Assembly: GCA_963555755.3 (NCBI GenBank)
Contig: OY820905.2
Location: 1,152,001 to 1,216,000 of the forward strand
Source: Nitrospirales bacterium
GTDB lineage: Bacteria; Nitrospirota; Nitrospiria; Nitrospirales; UBA8639
Direction: 5' to 3'
Length of the DNA: 64,000 nucleotides
Below are positions 9,686-19,402 of this stretch, in pieces. The translations under genes were made by a program, and so were the position numbers. Below the pieces are notes generated by a model. It worked only from the letters and a program-made list of their open reading frames with translations, searched no databases and was not told where the DNA came from. How positions within the stretch are numbered: the first letter of the stretch is position 1; each line of letters begins with the position of its first letter.

Positions 9686-11569
9686 ATGGCAGAAAAAATT
9701 GAAACTCTTTTAAAAAGCTCCACGGTCCACCACCCGACAGCCAAAACGCTGCAGGAAGCGTATATCAAAGATTACGACGCCGCGTATAAAGAATCGATTG
9801 CTGATCCGGAGAAATTTTGGGAGGGCGTGGCCAAGGAATTGGAGTGGTTTTCTCCATGGAAACAAGTTCTGGAGTGGAAGTACCCTTGGGCCAAATGGTT
9901 TCTCGATGCCAAGTGCAATATTTCGTATAACTGTTTAGACCGTCATGTAAACTCGTGGCGCAAGAACAAAGTCGCAGTCATTTGGGTTGGGGAAAAAGGC
10001 GAAGAACGCATCTTCACCTACGCCGAACTCTATCGCCAGGTGAATCGTTGTGCCAATGCGCTGAAATCTCTCGGTCTCAAAAAAGGCGATGTCGTTACTA
10101 TTTATCTACCCAAAATTCCAGAACAAATTGTCGCCATGCTCGCCTGTGCGCGGATCGGGGTCATCCATTCCGTCATCTACTCTGGATTTAGCGCACCAGC
10201 GCTCGAAGCTCGGATTAAAGATGCCGAAGCAAAACTCATCATCACGGCGGATTACGGATACGATCGTGGCAAAAGTATCGACCTGAAAAAAGTCGTGGAC
10301 CAAGCCGTGGCGAATTGTCCGGGCATTGAAAAGTCCATCGTCGTGCGGCGAGAAAAACCTGGCATTACCCTGACGGACAACGAACTCGATTGGGAAGAAT
10401 TGCTGGCAGGTCAATCCACGAAATGTGAAGCCGAACAACTGGATGCCGAAACGCCACTGTACTTCCTCTACACCTCGGGGACAACTGGCAAACCCAAAGG
10501 CGTCGTGCATGTGCATGGCGGATACATGGTCGGCACCTACATCACCACAAAATATGTCTTCGACCTCAAGGATGAAGATGTATTCTTTTGCGTCGCGGAT
10601 CCAGGCTGGGTGACCGGACACAGTTACATTGTCTACGGCCCGCTGCTCAATGGCGCCACTATCCTTACTGCGGAAGGCAAACCCGACTACCCCAATCCTG
10701 GTCGCTGGTGGGATCTCATCTCGAAATATGGCGTGTCGATTTTTTATACCACGCCAACAGCCATTCGCCTACTCATGAAGTACGGCGAAGACTGGCCCAA
10801 GAAATATGATCTCTCGACATTGCGTATTCTAGGATCAGTGGGCGAGCCCATAAACCCCGAAGCGTGGGAATGGTTCTATCGCGTAACCGGCGGCGATAAA
10901 CCCATAATGGACACGTGGTGGCAAACCGAAACCGGATCGATCCTGGTGACTCCGCTTCCCTGCGTGCCACTAAAACCCGGATCAGCCACGCGACCATTTT
11001 TAGGAATCGAAGCCGATGTAGTGGACAGGGAAGGCAACAGCATCGGCACCGGTGGTGGATTCGCCGTCATTAAAAAACCATGGCCATCCATGATGCGCAC
11101 GATTCACAAAGACCCAGACCGATACCTCAGCTACTGGAACCTTATTCCAGGATGCTACACCGCTGGTGACGTGTGTCATAAAGATGAAGATGGGTACTTT
11201 TGGTTCATGGGCCGCGCAGATGACGTTGTCAAAGTCGCAGGGAACCGTATCGGTACTGCCGAAGTAGAAAGCGCGTTGGTCAGTCACGATGCCGTAGTCG
11301 AAGCCGCGGTGATCGGCAAACCTCACAAAACCGCCGGCGAGATGATCAAAGCCTTTGTGATTCTCAAACAAGGCCAAGAGGAAAGTTCAGACTTGATCAA
11401 GAGCCTTAAAGCACATGTCCAAACTGAACTCGGGAAAATCGCGGTTCCCAGAGAGGTCGAAATCGTCACATCGCTCCCCAAAACCCGCTCAGGCAAAATC
11501 ATGCGCCGCGTACTAAAAGCCAAAGAACTAGGCCAAGACCCCGGCGATATTTCCACGTTGGAAGAATAA
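9686..11569 (+). CDS. acs: Acetyl-CoA synthetase (AMP-forming)
   Basis: [34 protein letters not shown] gagg before ATG 9686. Confidence 0.95.
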   Translation: MAEKIETLLKSSTVHHPTAKTLQEAYIKDYDAAYKESIADPEKFWEGVAKELEWFSPWKQVLEWKYPWAKWFLDAKCNISYNCLDRHVNSWRKNKVAVIWVGEKGEERIFTYAELYRQVNRCANALKSLGLKKGDVVTIYLPKIPEQIVAMLACARIGVIHSVIYSGFSAPALEARIKDAEAKLIITADYGYDRGKSIDLKKVVDQAVANCPGIEKSIVVRREKPGITLTDNELDWEELLAGQSTKCEAEQLDAETPLYFLYTSGTTGKPKGVVHVHGGYMVGTYITTKYVFDLKDEDVFFCVADPGWVTGHSYIVYGPLLNGATILTAEGKPDYPNPGRWWDLISKYGVSIFYTTPTAIRLLMKYGEDWPKKYDLSTLRILGSVGEPINPEAWEWFYRVTGGDKPIMDTWWQTETGSILVTPLPCVPLKPGSATRPFLGIEADVVDREGNSIGTGGGFAVIKKPWPSMMRTIHKDPDRYLSYWNLIPGCYTAGDVCHKDEDGYFWFMGRADDVVKVAGNRIGTAEVESALVSHDAVVEAAVIGKPHKTAGEMIKAFVILKQGQEESSDLIKSLKAHVQTELGKIAVPREVEIVTSLPKTRSGKIMRRVLKAKELGQDPGDISTLEE

Positions 11570-11583
11570 ACTCTCACAAAAAA

Positions 11584-11624
11584 GGGCGAGTGGCGTTCCC
11601 CCAACGCCACTCGCCTCTCTTTTT
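11584..11624 (+). terminator. Intrinsic terminator of acs
   Basis: ggcgagtggcgtt / aacgccactcgcc hairpin followed by a T-rich tract. Confidence 0.8.
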
Positions 11625-11789
11625 ATTTTTACACCCTCTCCTTAAGATCCGATCGTCATCCCAAAGACAAGCATTCTTCAATGCCATAATCCTAGGCTAA
11701 TAAAACGTCATCGCAAGGCCTCAATTTACCCCCATTCTTTCCTCACATGAAGACTAACAAAAAGAGCCCTTTTTCTTGGGTAGTAGAAC

Positions 11790-13037
11790 TCATGTAGACT
11801 CCCAAAGTCTGCGCAAGGGAACCGCATACATCCCCTCACCAAAACTGGCACTGGTCTCGCCATCATACAGGACCACCCCGCCAGCAAAGCGCGATCCTGC
11901 GGCCTGCTTAAGTTTACGCATCCCGCGGAAATCCGCCGGAGTCACCGTGGCTCCAGCCTTCACTTCCACGCCAGCAAGCCTGCGTGTGCCGCATTCAATG
12001 ACCAGGTCTACTTCGACGCCATCCTTATCGCGGAAATGAAAAAATTGCAGCGACTCATGGTACCAGCTCGCCTGACGTCGAAGCTCTTGATACACAAATG
12101 TTTCAAGGATCTGACCCAACAGAGGCCGATCCGCCGCCAACGCAGCCGCGTTGACCCCAAGCAAGGCTGTGGCCAGCCCAGTATCCCCCAAATGCAATTT
12201 GGGTGTCTTGATGAGTCGACTCAGACGATTGCTGTGCCAAGGCGGCAGAGTCTCCAGAAGGAACACCCGATCCAACAACGTGACATAGTCACGGATAGTC
12301 GGGCGGCTCAGATGAAACGGTGCCGCCAAGTCGGATACGTTCAACAGCCGGGCCGTCTGCGTTGCCGCTAAGGTGAGGAGCCGGGGCAGGGCGTCGAGCA
12401 TACTGATGCGTGACAGATCACGCACGTCGCGCTGAACAAGCGCGTCCAGATAGTCCCGGTACCAAGCAGCGCGTCGTCGCTCGGCTGGTCGAGCCAACGC
12501 CGCTGGATAGCCGCCCGCCACAATTCGTTTGATGAGTTCGCCAGCCAACCGTTCGCTGGTCCGAGTTTTGAAGCCACCAGTGAACAGCATGTCTAGAAAT
12601 CTTGGCTTGCGACGCCCCAGCTCACACTGGGCGAGCGGATGCAGCCGAAGCATCTCCAGCCGGCCAGCCAGCGAATCCACCAGTCGGGGAACCAACAAGA
12701 CATTAGCCGAACCCGTTAAAATAAATCGGCCTGGACTTCGCTTACGATCGATGGCCGTCTTGAGCGCGGCAAAGAGGGTAGGGACTCGTTGCACCTCATC
12801 CAGAATTGCCCGGTTCGGAAGATCACCCACGAAACCTATTGGGTCAGCCTGGGCAGCCGCGCGCGCCACGTCATCATCAAAGTTGAAATAGACATAACCC
12901 ATGCGCTCACCCACTCGTTGAGCCAGCGTGGTCTTGCCGCACTGACGCGGACCATAAATCAGCACTGCTGGGGAATCGGCAAGGGATTCAACCAGCTGTG
13001 GCTCCGCATAACGTGGGTAAAGGAGGAAAGGAGTCAT
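11790..13037 (-). CDS. AAA+ ATPase with DUF4143 / PD-(D/E)xK-like C-terminus
   Basis: Walker A GPRQCGKTT, LDEVQ, FILTGS, SLAGR, EVDLV...EVK; higher GC than its neighbours. Confidence 0.9.
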   Translation of the reverse strand: MTPFLLYPRYAEPQLVESLADSPAVLIYGPRQCGKTTLAQRVGERMGYVYFNFDDDVARAAAQADPIGFVGDLPNRAILDEVQRVPTLFAALKTAIDRKRSPGRFILTGSANVLLVPRLVDSLAGRLEMLRLHPLAQCELGRRKPRFLDMLFTGGFKTRTSERLAGELIKRIVAGGYPAALARPAERRRAAWYRDYLDALVQRDVRDLSRISMLDALPRLLTLAATQTARLLNVSDLAAPFHLSRPTIRDYVTLLDRVFLLETLPPWHSNRLSRLIKTPKLHLGDTGLATALLGVNAAALAADRPLLGQILETFVYQELRRQASWYHESLQFFHFRDKDGVEVDLVIECGTRRLAGVEVKAGATVTPADFRGMRKLKQAAGSRFAGGVVLYDGETSASFGEGMYAVPLRRLWEST

Positions 13038-13128
13038 CGGCTGATCATAAGCTTGAGATTCGGCTAATTGCAAGGTTCAATGTCGTCTAATTGCAAGGTT
13101 TAATATCGGCCAATTAAAAGTTTAGCTA
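13037..13128. repeat. Four imperfect 23-bp tandem repeats upstream of the ATPase start
   Basis: tcggctgatcataagcttgagat / tcggctaattgcaaggttcaatg / tcgtctaattgcaaggtttaata / tcggccaattaaaagtttagcta. Confidence 0.7.
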
Positions 13129-13258
13129 GCGACATTGCCCCACGGACGAACAACTTATTGCGATAGGACTCCACATGTTACCCTACTGAGCAAAGGGTAT
13201 TGAGATGGGAGTGTGTGAGATTGCGCCATGCCCTGTGGTTGCCCTCGGATTGGGTGAC

Positions 13259-13633
13259 TATTTCTGGTTCATGGGCCGCGCAGATGACGTTGTCAAAGTC
13301 GCAGGGAACCGTATCGGTACTGCCGAAGTAGAAAGCGCGTTGGTCAGTCACGATGCCGTAGTCGAAGCCGCGGTGATCGGCAAACCTCACAAAACCGCCG
13401 GCGAGATGATCAAAGCCTTTGTGATTCTCAAACAAGGCCAAGAGGAAAGTTCAGACTTGATCAAGAGCCTTAAAGCACATGTCCAAACCGAACTCGGGAA
13501 AATCGCGGTTCCCAGAGAGGTCGAAATCGTCACATCGCTCCCCAAAACCCGCTCCGGCAAAATCATGCGCCGCGTCCTAAAAGCCAAAGAACTAGGCCAA
13601 GACCCCGGCGACATCTCGACCTTGGAAGAATAA
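13259..13633 (+). pseudogene. acs: Orphan duplicate of the acs 3' end (125 codons)
   Basis: Direct repeat of 11195-11569; identical protein, 9 synonymous differences counted by eye; no 5' part. Confidence 0.9.
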
Positions 13634-13644
13634 ACTCTCACAAT

Positions 13645-13686
13645 AAAGAGCGAGTGGCGTTTGGGAATGCCACTCGCTCTTTTTTT
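13645..13686 (+). terminator. Terminator of the duplicated acs end
   Basis: aaagagcgagtggcgtt / aatgccactcgctcttt hairpin plus T tract. Confidence 0.8.
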
Positions 13687-13849
13687 AACTCAAAACTGCC
13701 ACTCCAATATCTAGCCATCATTCTCACGTAAATCAATCCCACTGTGGACGAAAGCATATATCCATTGGCGGCGTTCGCCGTTGCCCCTAAAATACATCAT
13801 TGCAAAACCAGATAACTTCCTCGAGGATTAGCGAATTTTCCAGTCATTG

Positions 13850-14110
13850 TTATCTCAGCAATTTGTCATATGCCGAGTGGCTCCCAATCCAGAACCACTG
13901 AACCCCATTTGTCACTGGAATACCGAGAGCACGGTAGTGGAGGCCAACCCGAACGCTGCGATAACGCCCTCCGCACACTAACTTGAAATGCAACGAAGGA
14001 TGCGCAGAATTCTGCTTGAGAAGTGCATAATTGAGACGGGCAAGATTTTGAATATCAGCAGGTAGTACCTCGAAGCACTTCCAGAACCTGCTAGAAGCAA
14101 AATGTTTCAA
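13850..14110 (-). CDS. RelE/ParE-like toxin
   Basis: HPSLHFK...RSVRVGLHYRALG...WFWIGSHSAYDKL; overlaps the upstream antitoxin. Confidence 0.8.
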   Translation of the reverse strand: MKHFASSRFWKCFEVLPADIQNLARLNYALLKQNSAHPSLHFKLVCGGRYRSVRVGLHYRALGIPVTNGVQWFWIGSHSAYDKLLR

Positions 14111-14307
14111 ATCTCGCGTGCTTTCCCGGCATTGAATTCGGTCAGAGCCTCGGAAGCTAGCGAATCAAGTTTTCCAGCAGCAGCATCAGCTTCAATTTGC
14201 ACATCCCAGGTTGCACCATCGAACTCTGCGAACCATTGGCGAAATTGGATGAGTTCTTCGGGCGAAAGTTTTGCTATCTCACGTTCAATGGATTCGACAA
14301 TCGTCAT
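14107..14307 (-). CDS. Putative antitoxin
   Basis: Small acidic protein with WDVQIEADAAAGKLD; 4-nt overlap with the toxin. Confidence 0.75.
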   Translation of the reverse strand: MTIVESIEREIAKLSPEELIQFRQWFAEFDGATWDVQIEADAAAGKLDSLASEALTEFNAGKAREI

Positions 14308-14316
14308 GGCAAACTC

Positions 14317-14523
14317 CTATTTTGAGCATTGATTTGATATGTTGGACCTTACGGGGTTATCACCCAGACAGATGAGCGCGAAAAGGCCTCTCCAGCGGAT
14401 GGTTAGCGACGGACCACCCGATCCCGCTAAAACATGACTGAGGGTGTTAATGGCAACTTCATAGAACTCCACCGATTCCCGCATCTCCGCCCGTGCTTCC
14501 GGGTGGAAAATCGCTTCCTTCAC
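14317..14523 (-). pseudogene. Truncated RelE/ParE toxin
   Basis: Starts FHPEARAEMRESVEFYE, like the toxin at 31352, then similarity is lost. Confidence 0.6.
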
Positions 14524-14777
14524 GAATGTTCTGACCTCAGCTCGGCAAACACCTCATGGGCCGGGATTCCTTGTACAGTACCAGTTTGGAGCTCCTGAAA
14601 ACGCCGTTCGGCTTCAGCGATCCACAGTTTTTCGATCTCCTCTGGCGACTCCGCGCTTTCCTCCAAGCTGGCCAGCAATTGCAGGGCAAGCCGTGCACGG
14701 TCCTCAGGGGAAAGTCGTAAAGCTTGGTCACCGATCTCAGCTAGAAAATACGCTATATCGTTCGTCTCCTCTCTCAC
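14520..14777 (-). CDS. Addiction-module antitoxin (TIGR02574-like)
   Basis: ALRLSPEDRARLA...LWIAEAERRFQEL..G; start uncertain. Confidence 0.8.
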   Translation of the reverse strand: MREETNDIAYFLAEIGDQALRLSPEDRARLALQLLASLEESAESPEEIEKLWIAEAERRFQELQTGTVQGIPAHEVFAELRSEHS

Positions 14778-14899
14778 AAATGTATCATGGGATTTTAAAT
14801 CTCGCTAACAAAGTTCGCAACTGGGCTGGAGCCGAAGACGCGTCCGAGCAATTAGGGCAAAGCGGCCAAACCATAGTGCCGCAAGACCACTTAAGCGAG

Positions 14900-15082
14900 T
14901 TATTTGCCAGTGCGACGAAAATATAGAAGCGTCAGCAGACCTTGAACAACCAGAATAATAGATGCCAGCCATCGGTAAGGTTCGACGTCTTCTGATAGCG
15001 CGACGTGTATGGCGTGGGCCACGCCCAAAATGATCAGAAACACAGCCCCAAAGGATACAGCAGTCTTAAGCTTCTGAGTCAT
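14900..15082 (-). CDS. Small two-TM hypothetical protein
   Basis: RBS gagga, two hydrophobic segments; stop lies in AAATAAC. Confidence 0.6.
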   Translation of the reverse strand: MTQKLKTAVSFGAVFLIILGVAHAIHVALSEDVEPYRWLASIILVVQGLLTLLYFRRTGK

Positions 15083-15138
15083 TACCGTTCCTCATCTTAA
15101 TGAATCAACCACAAACATGTTCCACGGCCCCGCTTTTG

Positions 15139-15522
15139 TTAGCCAGGTTTGTTTGCGGCATCACCCGAAACCCAATTCTTTGCTTGTTCCAACTCTTGAT
15201 AAGAAAATAGTTTGATTTCTGCATTCACAAAGTGACTAGCAACCGCTTCAGCGAAATTGCCAACCATCGAATCCGTTGAAATGGCCACACGGGATATCTT
15301 TCTATGATGTTCCTTAACAAATCGGAGGTGTGAAAATAATGCCGCAAATGAATCCCAACCCGGAAAGGACTTTGTATGAATAATAAGCCCATTCAACCGA
15401 CCAGCTTTATTAATGTAAGGATCAATGATCTTCGCAGCCAACTCGAAGTCGTGTTTCGATAAAGGCCCATCAGGCTCAAGAATCGCGATACCATTGACCT
15501 CATCAATTTCTACCGAAAGCAT
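15139..15522 (-). CDS. STAS/SpoIIAA-like family protein
   Basis: FPGWDSFAAL..HLRFVKEHHRKISRVA...EQAKNWV. Confidence 0.8.
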   Translation of the reverse strand: MLSVEIDEVNGIAILEPDGPLSKHDFELAAKIIDPYINKAGRLNGLIIHTKSFPGWDSFAALFSHLRFVKEHHRKISRVAISTDSMVGNFAEAVASHFVNAEIKLFSYQELEQAKNWVSGDAANKPG

Positions 15523-15547
15523 ATTTCCTAACTCCAAAATTTTCTTT

Positions 15548-15629
15548 AATTAACATTTCGGGTAAGTGGCCGAGCAATTACCGAGGGGAAAGCGACCAAC
15601 GAGAGCGAAACTTGACCCACTTGTTAGGC
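15548..15629 (-). other. Integron attC site
   Basis: Minus strand GCCTAAC-AAGTG-GGTCAAG ... CTTACC-CGAAAT-GTTAATT: R'', L'' with an unpaired C, L', R'; overlaps the upstream stop codon. Confidence 0.75.
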
Positions 15630-16381
15630 TTCCGAAATTGGCAATACAACACTTGTTTGAACCCTTTCAGGATTCCACCATATTCCGCCTCCGAGTTTGT
15701 AGTGCTCAGTGATTGTTTTCAGTTGCTCTGTATGTGTTTCAAATATTGTAAACCTAAATTCTTTTGAAATGCTTGCAAAGTCCTTGGAAGTCGTTACATT
15801 GACATTCATTAGATATTCACCTGACTGCCAAATAAATTTTGAATTAAAGAACTCAAATGCCCGAGATACCAATTCTTTAGGATGTTCGAGCGAGTTCCCT
15901 CTTTTGTTTCCAGTTCCTTTGCCTTTGCTCTATAGTCTGCAATCATATCTCCCTCAATATCTTGATATTTTTTTTCATCTACTCGATCAAATAAATTAAG
16001 AAAGTTTGCTATATGTGCCCATTCTTGATTCGGGACTAAAGAAAAAGTAGTAAACAATAAAGTGTTTTGGTCATTTTGATTTTGCAAATAATTTTGCGCG
16101 GGCAGTAAAAATAATACTTTCCCGTCTCGTGAGAGAGAAACGCAAATATCTTTGATTCGTATATTACGGCCACCTATATTAGTAATTATAAGATGTAACA
16201 TTAAATTAGGATTACCAACTTTATGTGTAATAGAAATTTTTGAATAAACCTCTAGGTCGAGTTTTGCCTTTTTAACTAACTCCTTAATTGGAGGAATTTG
16301 CGATAAAAGGACAGCAATGAAGGCCACAATGACAGCCCAAAATGACCAATCAAGATATAACGGAATTTCAGTTCCTTGCAT
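15624..16381 (-). pseudogene. Low-GC hypothetical membrane-anchored protein, frameshifted near 15895
   Basis: ORF 15809-16381 continues in another frame (EHPKELVSRAFEFF...) to the stop at 15624; AT-rich; preceded by GTTAGAC at 16406-16412. Confidence 0.6.
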
Positions 16382-16596
16382 AATCGTAATTTCCTCTACT
16401 TGATAGTCTAACCAAAGATTATCTGGTTCTGTGTAAGATCCCACTTCATTGGTTCTGAAGTATAAGCCCTTTGAAGTTGTCAAACAATTAAAAGGATCAC
16501 CCATTGTTCCAGAAATTCTTTGTAGTCTTATCACACGTACTCCGTTATTTTTGACGATCTAATAGGGTTCACCCTGCAGTCTCATAGCAACCGACC

Positions 16597-16623
16597 AGAT
16601 CCTTCGTTCCACTCAGGATGACA
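16597..16623. repeat. REP-like short palindrome
   Basis: agatccttcgttccactcaggatgaca; same class as 31753 and the IS110 target. Confidence 0.55.
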
Positions 16624-16650
16624 AACAAAGGTGAAACAGGAAGGCTAAAG

Positions 16651-16854
16651 ATTTTCTCTCGCCTTCGGGCGCGGCTGAGCTTCCGTACCGAATCGACTTC
16701 TCGGCGAGGGCTGTTTGAGCGCAGCGAGTTCCCGAGCCATCTTGATTCGGGACGGGGGCAAAGGGACCCCAAAAGGGGCCGCGCACGGGCGAAAATGGTT
16801 TTGGGTCCTTTTGCCGAAACAAAGGGATCTCGTCGCACGGGGACGAAACCCCGT
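16651..16854 (+). repeat. Multi-stem structured repeat family F (candidate ncRNA or non-autonomous element)
   Basis: Homologous to 30765-30968, with paired changes and GAAA-capped hairpins. Confidence 0.75.
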
Positions 16855-16997
16855 AAAAAAGTAACTAGCGGGCGGCACCCACCCTGCAAATTTTTGAAAG
16901 GGAAATTTCGGAAAAAAGGAAGGTCTGCCAGTAAGAGGGTTCTAATAAAGATCCCCGCCGCAAGCAACGGAGTATTTTATGGAAACCGAATGTTTAG

Positions 16998-17033
16998 AAA
17001 ATCCCCCTAACCCCCTTTTCCAAAGGGGGGACT
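16998..17033. repeat. REP-like palindrome
   Basis: aaatccccctaacccccttttccaaagggggga; relatives at 32291-32328 and 32375-32407. Confidence 0.6.
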
Positions 17034-17245
17034 TCAATGGCAACCCCGTCACAAAGCACCGGAGAATAACGAGATTCACAGTCATCAGATTCGTAATCCG
17101 GAAGAGCGGAAAAGGTGGCGGGCACTTTATCGATAATGTTTTTCGGTCATCGAGTCCTGTGGGAACAGCTTAATGACATCGGCAACAATCGACTGTTTGC
17201 AATGTAGCGATTCGTAGCAGAATGATATCCACTTCGATCGGGGTG

Positions 17246-17671
17246 TTAACCGTCAATTTCCAAGCCTTGATCTTGACACCATTGTCGAAGGGCTTCCTTT
17301 CCAGCACGTTCATCGTATTCAAACCACTCCTTCAACAACCCGCGAGAGTCGAGTAAGTCCTTAAATCGGGAGTACGCGCCGCGTCGCCTGAATATATCCT
17401 GCACATCCGCCAAGTCGTCTGGCATACATTCAGATACGAATTGTAAGACAAGCTGCTTGCCTAAGCCTAGGTCATTTTTATGCGGAAGCGATAGGTACTT
17501 TCCTGGTTCATCGATATCCTCAGGAAGCGGTTCGGTATCGCCGTATTCACTGTGAAAATGGATTTCACCCGTCTCTAAGGAGAGGAAAGCCTCCAGTTCC
17601 ATCGGCGCTCCAAAACTTACAAAATTAAAACCGTCTTCGATATCGTCAAACTTAAATGATCGTCCGCTCAT
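17246..17671 (-). CDS. UPF0158-family protein
   Basis: AFLSLETGEI..., IFRRRGAYSRFKDLL...EWFEY. Confidence 0.75.
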   Translation of the reverse strand: MSGRSFKFDDIEDGFNFVSFGAPMELEAFLSLETGEIHFHSEYGDTEPLPEDIDEPGKYLSLPHKNDLGLGKQLVLQFVSECMPDDLADVQDIFRRRGAYSRFKDLLDSRGLLKEWFEYDERAGKEALRQWCQDQGLEIDG

Positions 17672-17735
17672 TATTAATAACTCACAGCGTCCGCGATTGA
17701 ACTGTCAAACGAAGCCTCGATTCCCCAAACGGTGG

Positions 17736-17799
17736 CCTCAACCACGTTAACCGGCGCGGGCCACTTTGGCGCGGGTCCGGGTTGAGCGTGAAGTTCGAG
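17736..17799 (-). other. Integron attC site with degenerate R', overlapping the brnA-like 3' end
   Basis: Minus strand CTCGAAC-TTCAC-GCTCAAC-CCGGACCCGCGCCAAAGTGGCCCGCGCCG-GTTAAC-GTG-GTTGAGG. Confidence 0.65.
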
Positions 17800-18031
17800 G
17801 TTGTGAATGATGCTCCACATACGCGTCGAGCAACCGCCGGATCATGCGCTGATACTGAGTATTATGTTTCCGGGCCTCACCCTTGAAAAACTCGACGCTT
17901 CTCTTGCTCAACGCAATGGTGACTTTGACTCCTTCATCTCGATAGACGAGTTCCTCTGGACGAGGAAGGAAGTCAGGAACGACCTTGAGGTTTCCGAGAG
18001 GTTCGTCTGTGTATTTGATTTTCCCGCTCAT
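17747..18031 (-). CDS. BrnA/CopG-like antitoxin
   Basis: DFLPRPEEL...KVTIALS...YQRMIRRLLD; downstream of BrnT. Confidence 0.8.
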   Translation of the reverse strand: MSGKIKYTDEPLGNLKVVPDFLPRPEELVYRDEGVKVTIALSKRSVEFFKGEARKHNTQYQRMIRRLLDAYVEHHSQPRTSRSTRTRAKVARAG

Positions 18032-18293
18032 ATATTTGCCTCCCTTTTCGCCAGTAACCGGCTCCGAAAATCCGAATGATATTATTGCGAAACGTAAAGC
18101 GCACGGTCAGGACACCCCCCTCGACCCAGCCAAAGCAATATTGCCGCTTTTCGCTTGAGCTATGAGACATGTCTGCCGCCAGCACACGGCGTTGATCAGC
18201 AAAAGCCAACTGGGCCTTGGCGAAAGAGATTCCATGTTTCTCTTGGTTGTCCTGATCTTTTTTCGCATTCCACTCGAATCGAGCCTTTCCCAT
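17973..18293 (-). CDS. BrnT-family toxin
   Basis: FEWNAKKDQDNQEKHGISF...LTVRFTFR..IRIFGA. Confidence 0.85.
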   Translation of the reverse strand: MGKARFEWNAKKDQDNQEKHGISFAKAQLAFADQRRVLAADMSHSSSEKRQYCFGWVEGGVLTVRFTFRNNIIRIFGAGYWRKGRQIYERENQIHRRTSRKPQGRS

Positions 18294-18549
18294 TGGTAAA
18301 GATTAACACGAGGACACTAGAATAGCCATACATTTATATGGGTATTTGAGAGGCGCATGGGATTCTCTAAAAATATCTACAGCTGAGCTGGGAACCGAAG
18401 GCTCGTGGATTCTTGCTGGGAGTTCGCCCCTCACAGGGGCTGGAGAGTAGCCTGCGCGCAAACCTTTTTGAGCCGGCGTCCCTTTTTGCTTTATTCAAAC
18501 AGGGAGAGAGACTCTTTGAGGTAACGTGGGATTAGCCAAAAGAAAGATT

Positions 18550-19371
18550 CTACTCAACGTCGTCAGATTCGTAATCCGAATCCACATCTTGCAAAATACC
18601 TTTTCCAAGCTCGACCACTTCAGGATCCGAATCATTCAAGGCATTTTGCAAAATCGCATGGGCAGCCTCTTCATCACGAGAGGCTAGTACCACAATGGCT
18701 TCCATGCGTTGTTCGGGGTTGGGATCGTTGGTGATAATTTTCGCAATTTGATCGACAGGAATGGGGCCTTCGGCCTCGCCTAATAATTCCAACGCCAGTC
18801 CCCGCACTTCGGGACTGCGATCTTGCAAGGCTTGCACTATGGTGGATATGGCCTTTTCTTCATCTTCGCTACTCAGTAACTCCAGGGCCAAGGAACGCGC
18901 CTCAGGGTCTTCACCATCGATGGCTTGATGCTGAAGTTCTTCATCTGACAACTCTTCCTGTTCTACTGGTTCGCTTGAGGGAACCGCTTGTCGACGTTCG
19001 CGCCATTCGCCATCATTCGATGACTCACCACGTGCCCACACATAGAGGTCTCGATCGGTCAATACATAATTGGTGTTGGCCAGTAATCGGTCCAGCCCCT
19101 GACGTACCGGGACCTCTTTGACCGTCAGTGTCACAAGCGTGCCTTCAAAACCCGGAGCCACATGACTCGTCAGGAACAAGGCTTGGGCAACCTGCTCAAC
19201 CACATCGACCAAAGGCGCATCGTGAAGCCGCAGAGTCATTTGATCATGATCGACAGCAATCTGAAGATCAGGCGCGCCGGCATGAACCAGGGAAATTTGG
19301 TTTCCTTGCCCCCAAACCACCACGAGGGTCAACAGGATAAGAATGATCAACTGGCCTGACCTTTTTTTCAC
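18550..19371 (-). CDS. Exported HEAT-repeat protein with a secretin-N-like domain
   Basis: Signal/TM segment; DAPLVDVV...VTLTV; repeated ALQDRSPEVR / ALNDSDPEV. Confidence 0.7.
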   Translation of the reverse strand: MKKRSGQLIILILLTLVVVWGQGNQISLVHAGAPDLQIAVDHDQMTLRLHDAPLVDVVEQVAQALFLTSHVAPGFEGTLVTLTVKEVPVRQGLDRLLANTNYVLTDRDLYVWARGESSNDGEWRERRQAVPSSEPVEQEELSDEELQHQAIDGEDPEARSLALELLSSEDEEKAISTIVQALQDRSPEVRGLALELLGEAEGPIPVDQIAKIITNDPNPEQRMEAIVVLASRDEEAAHAILQNALNDSDPEVVELGKGILQDVDSDYESDDVE

Positions 19372-19402
19372 TGGCTTCTCTTCTTCCCGGATTAACTCTA
19401 AA

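Noticed and set aside
13037..13128. CRISPR array
   Set aside because: The units are contiguous with no spacers, and no cas genes are present in the window
11195..18300. Classical integrase-driven genomic island or prophage
   Set aside because: No tyrosine or serine integrase, phage gene or tRNA att site is visible in the window
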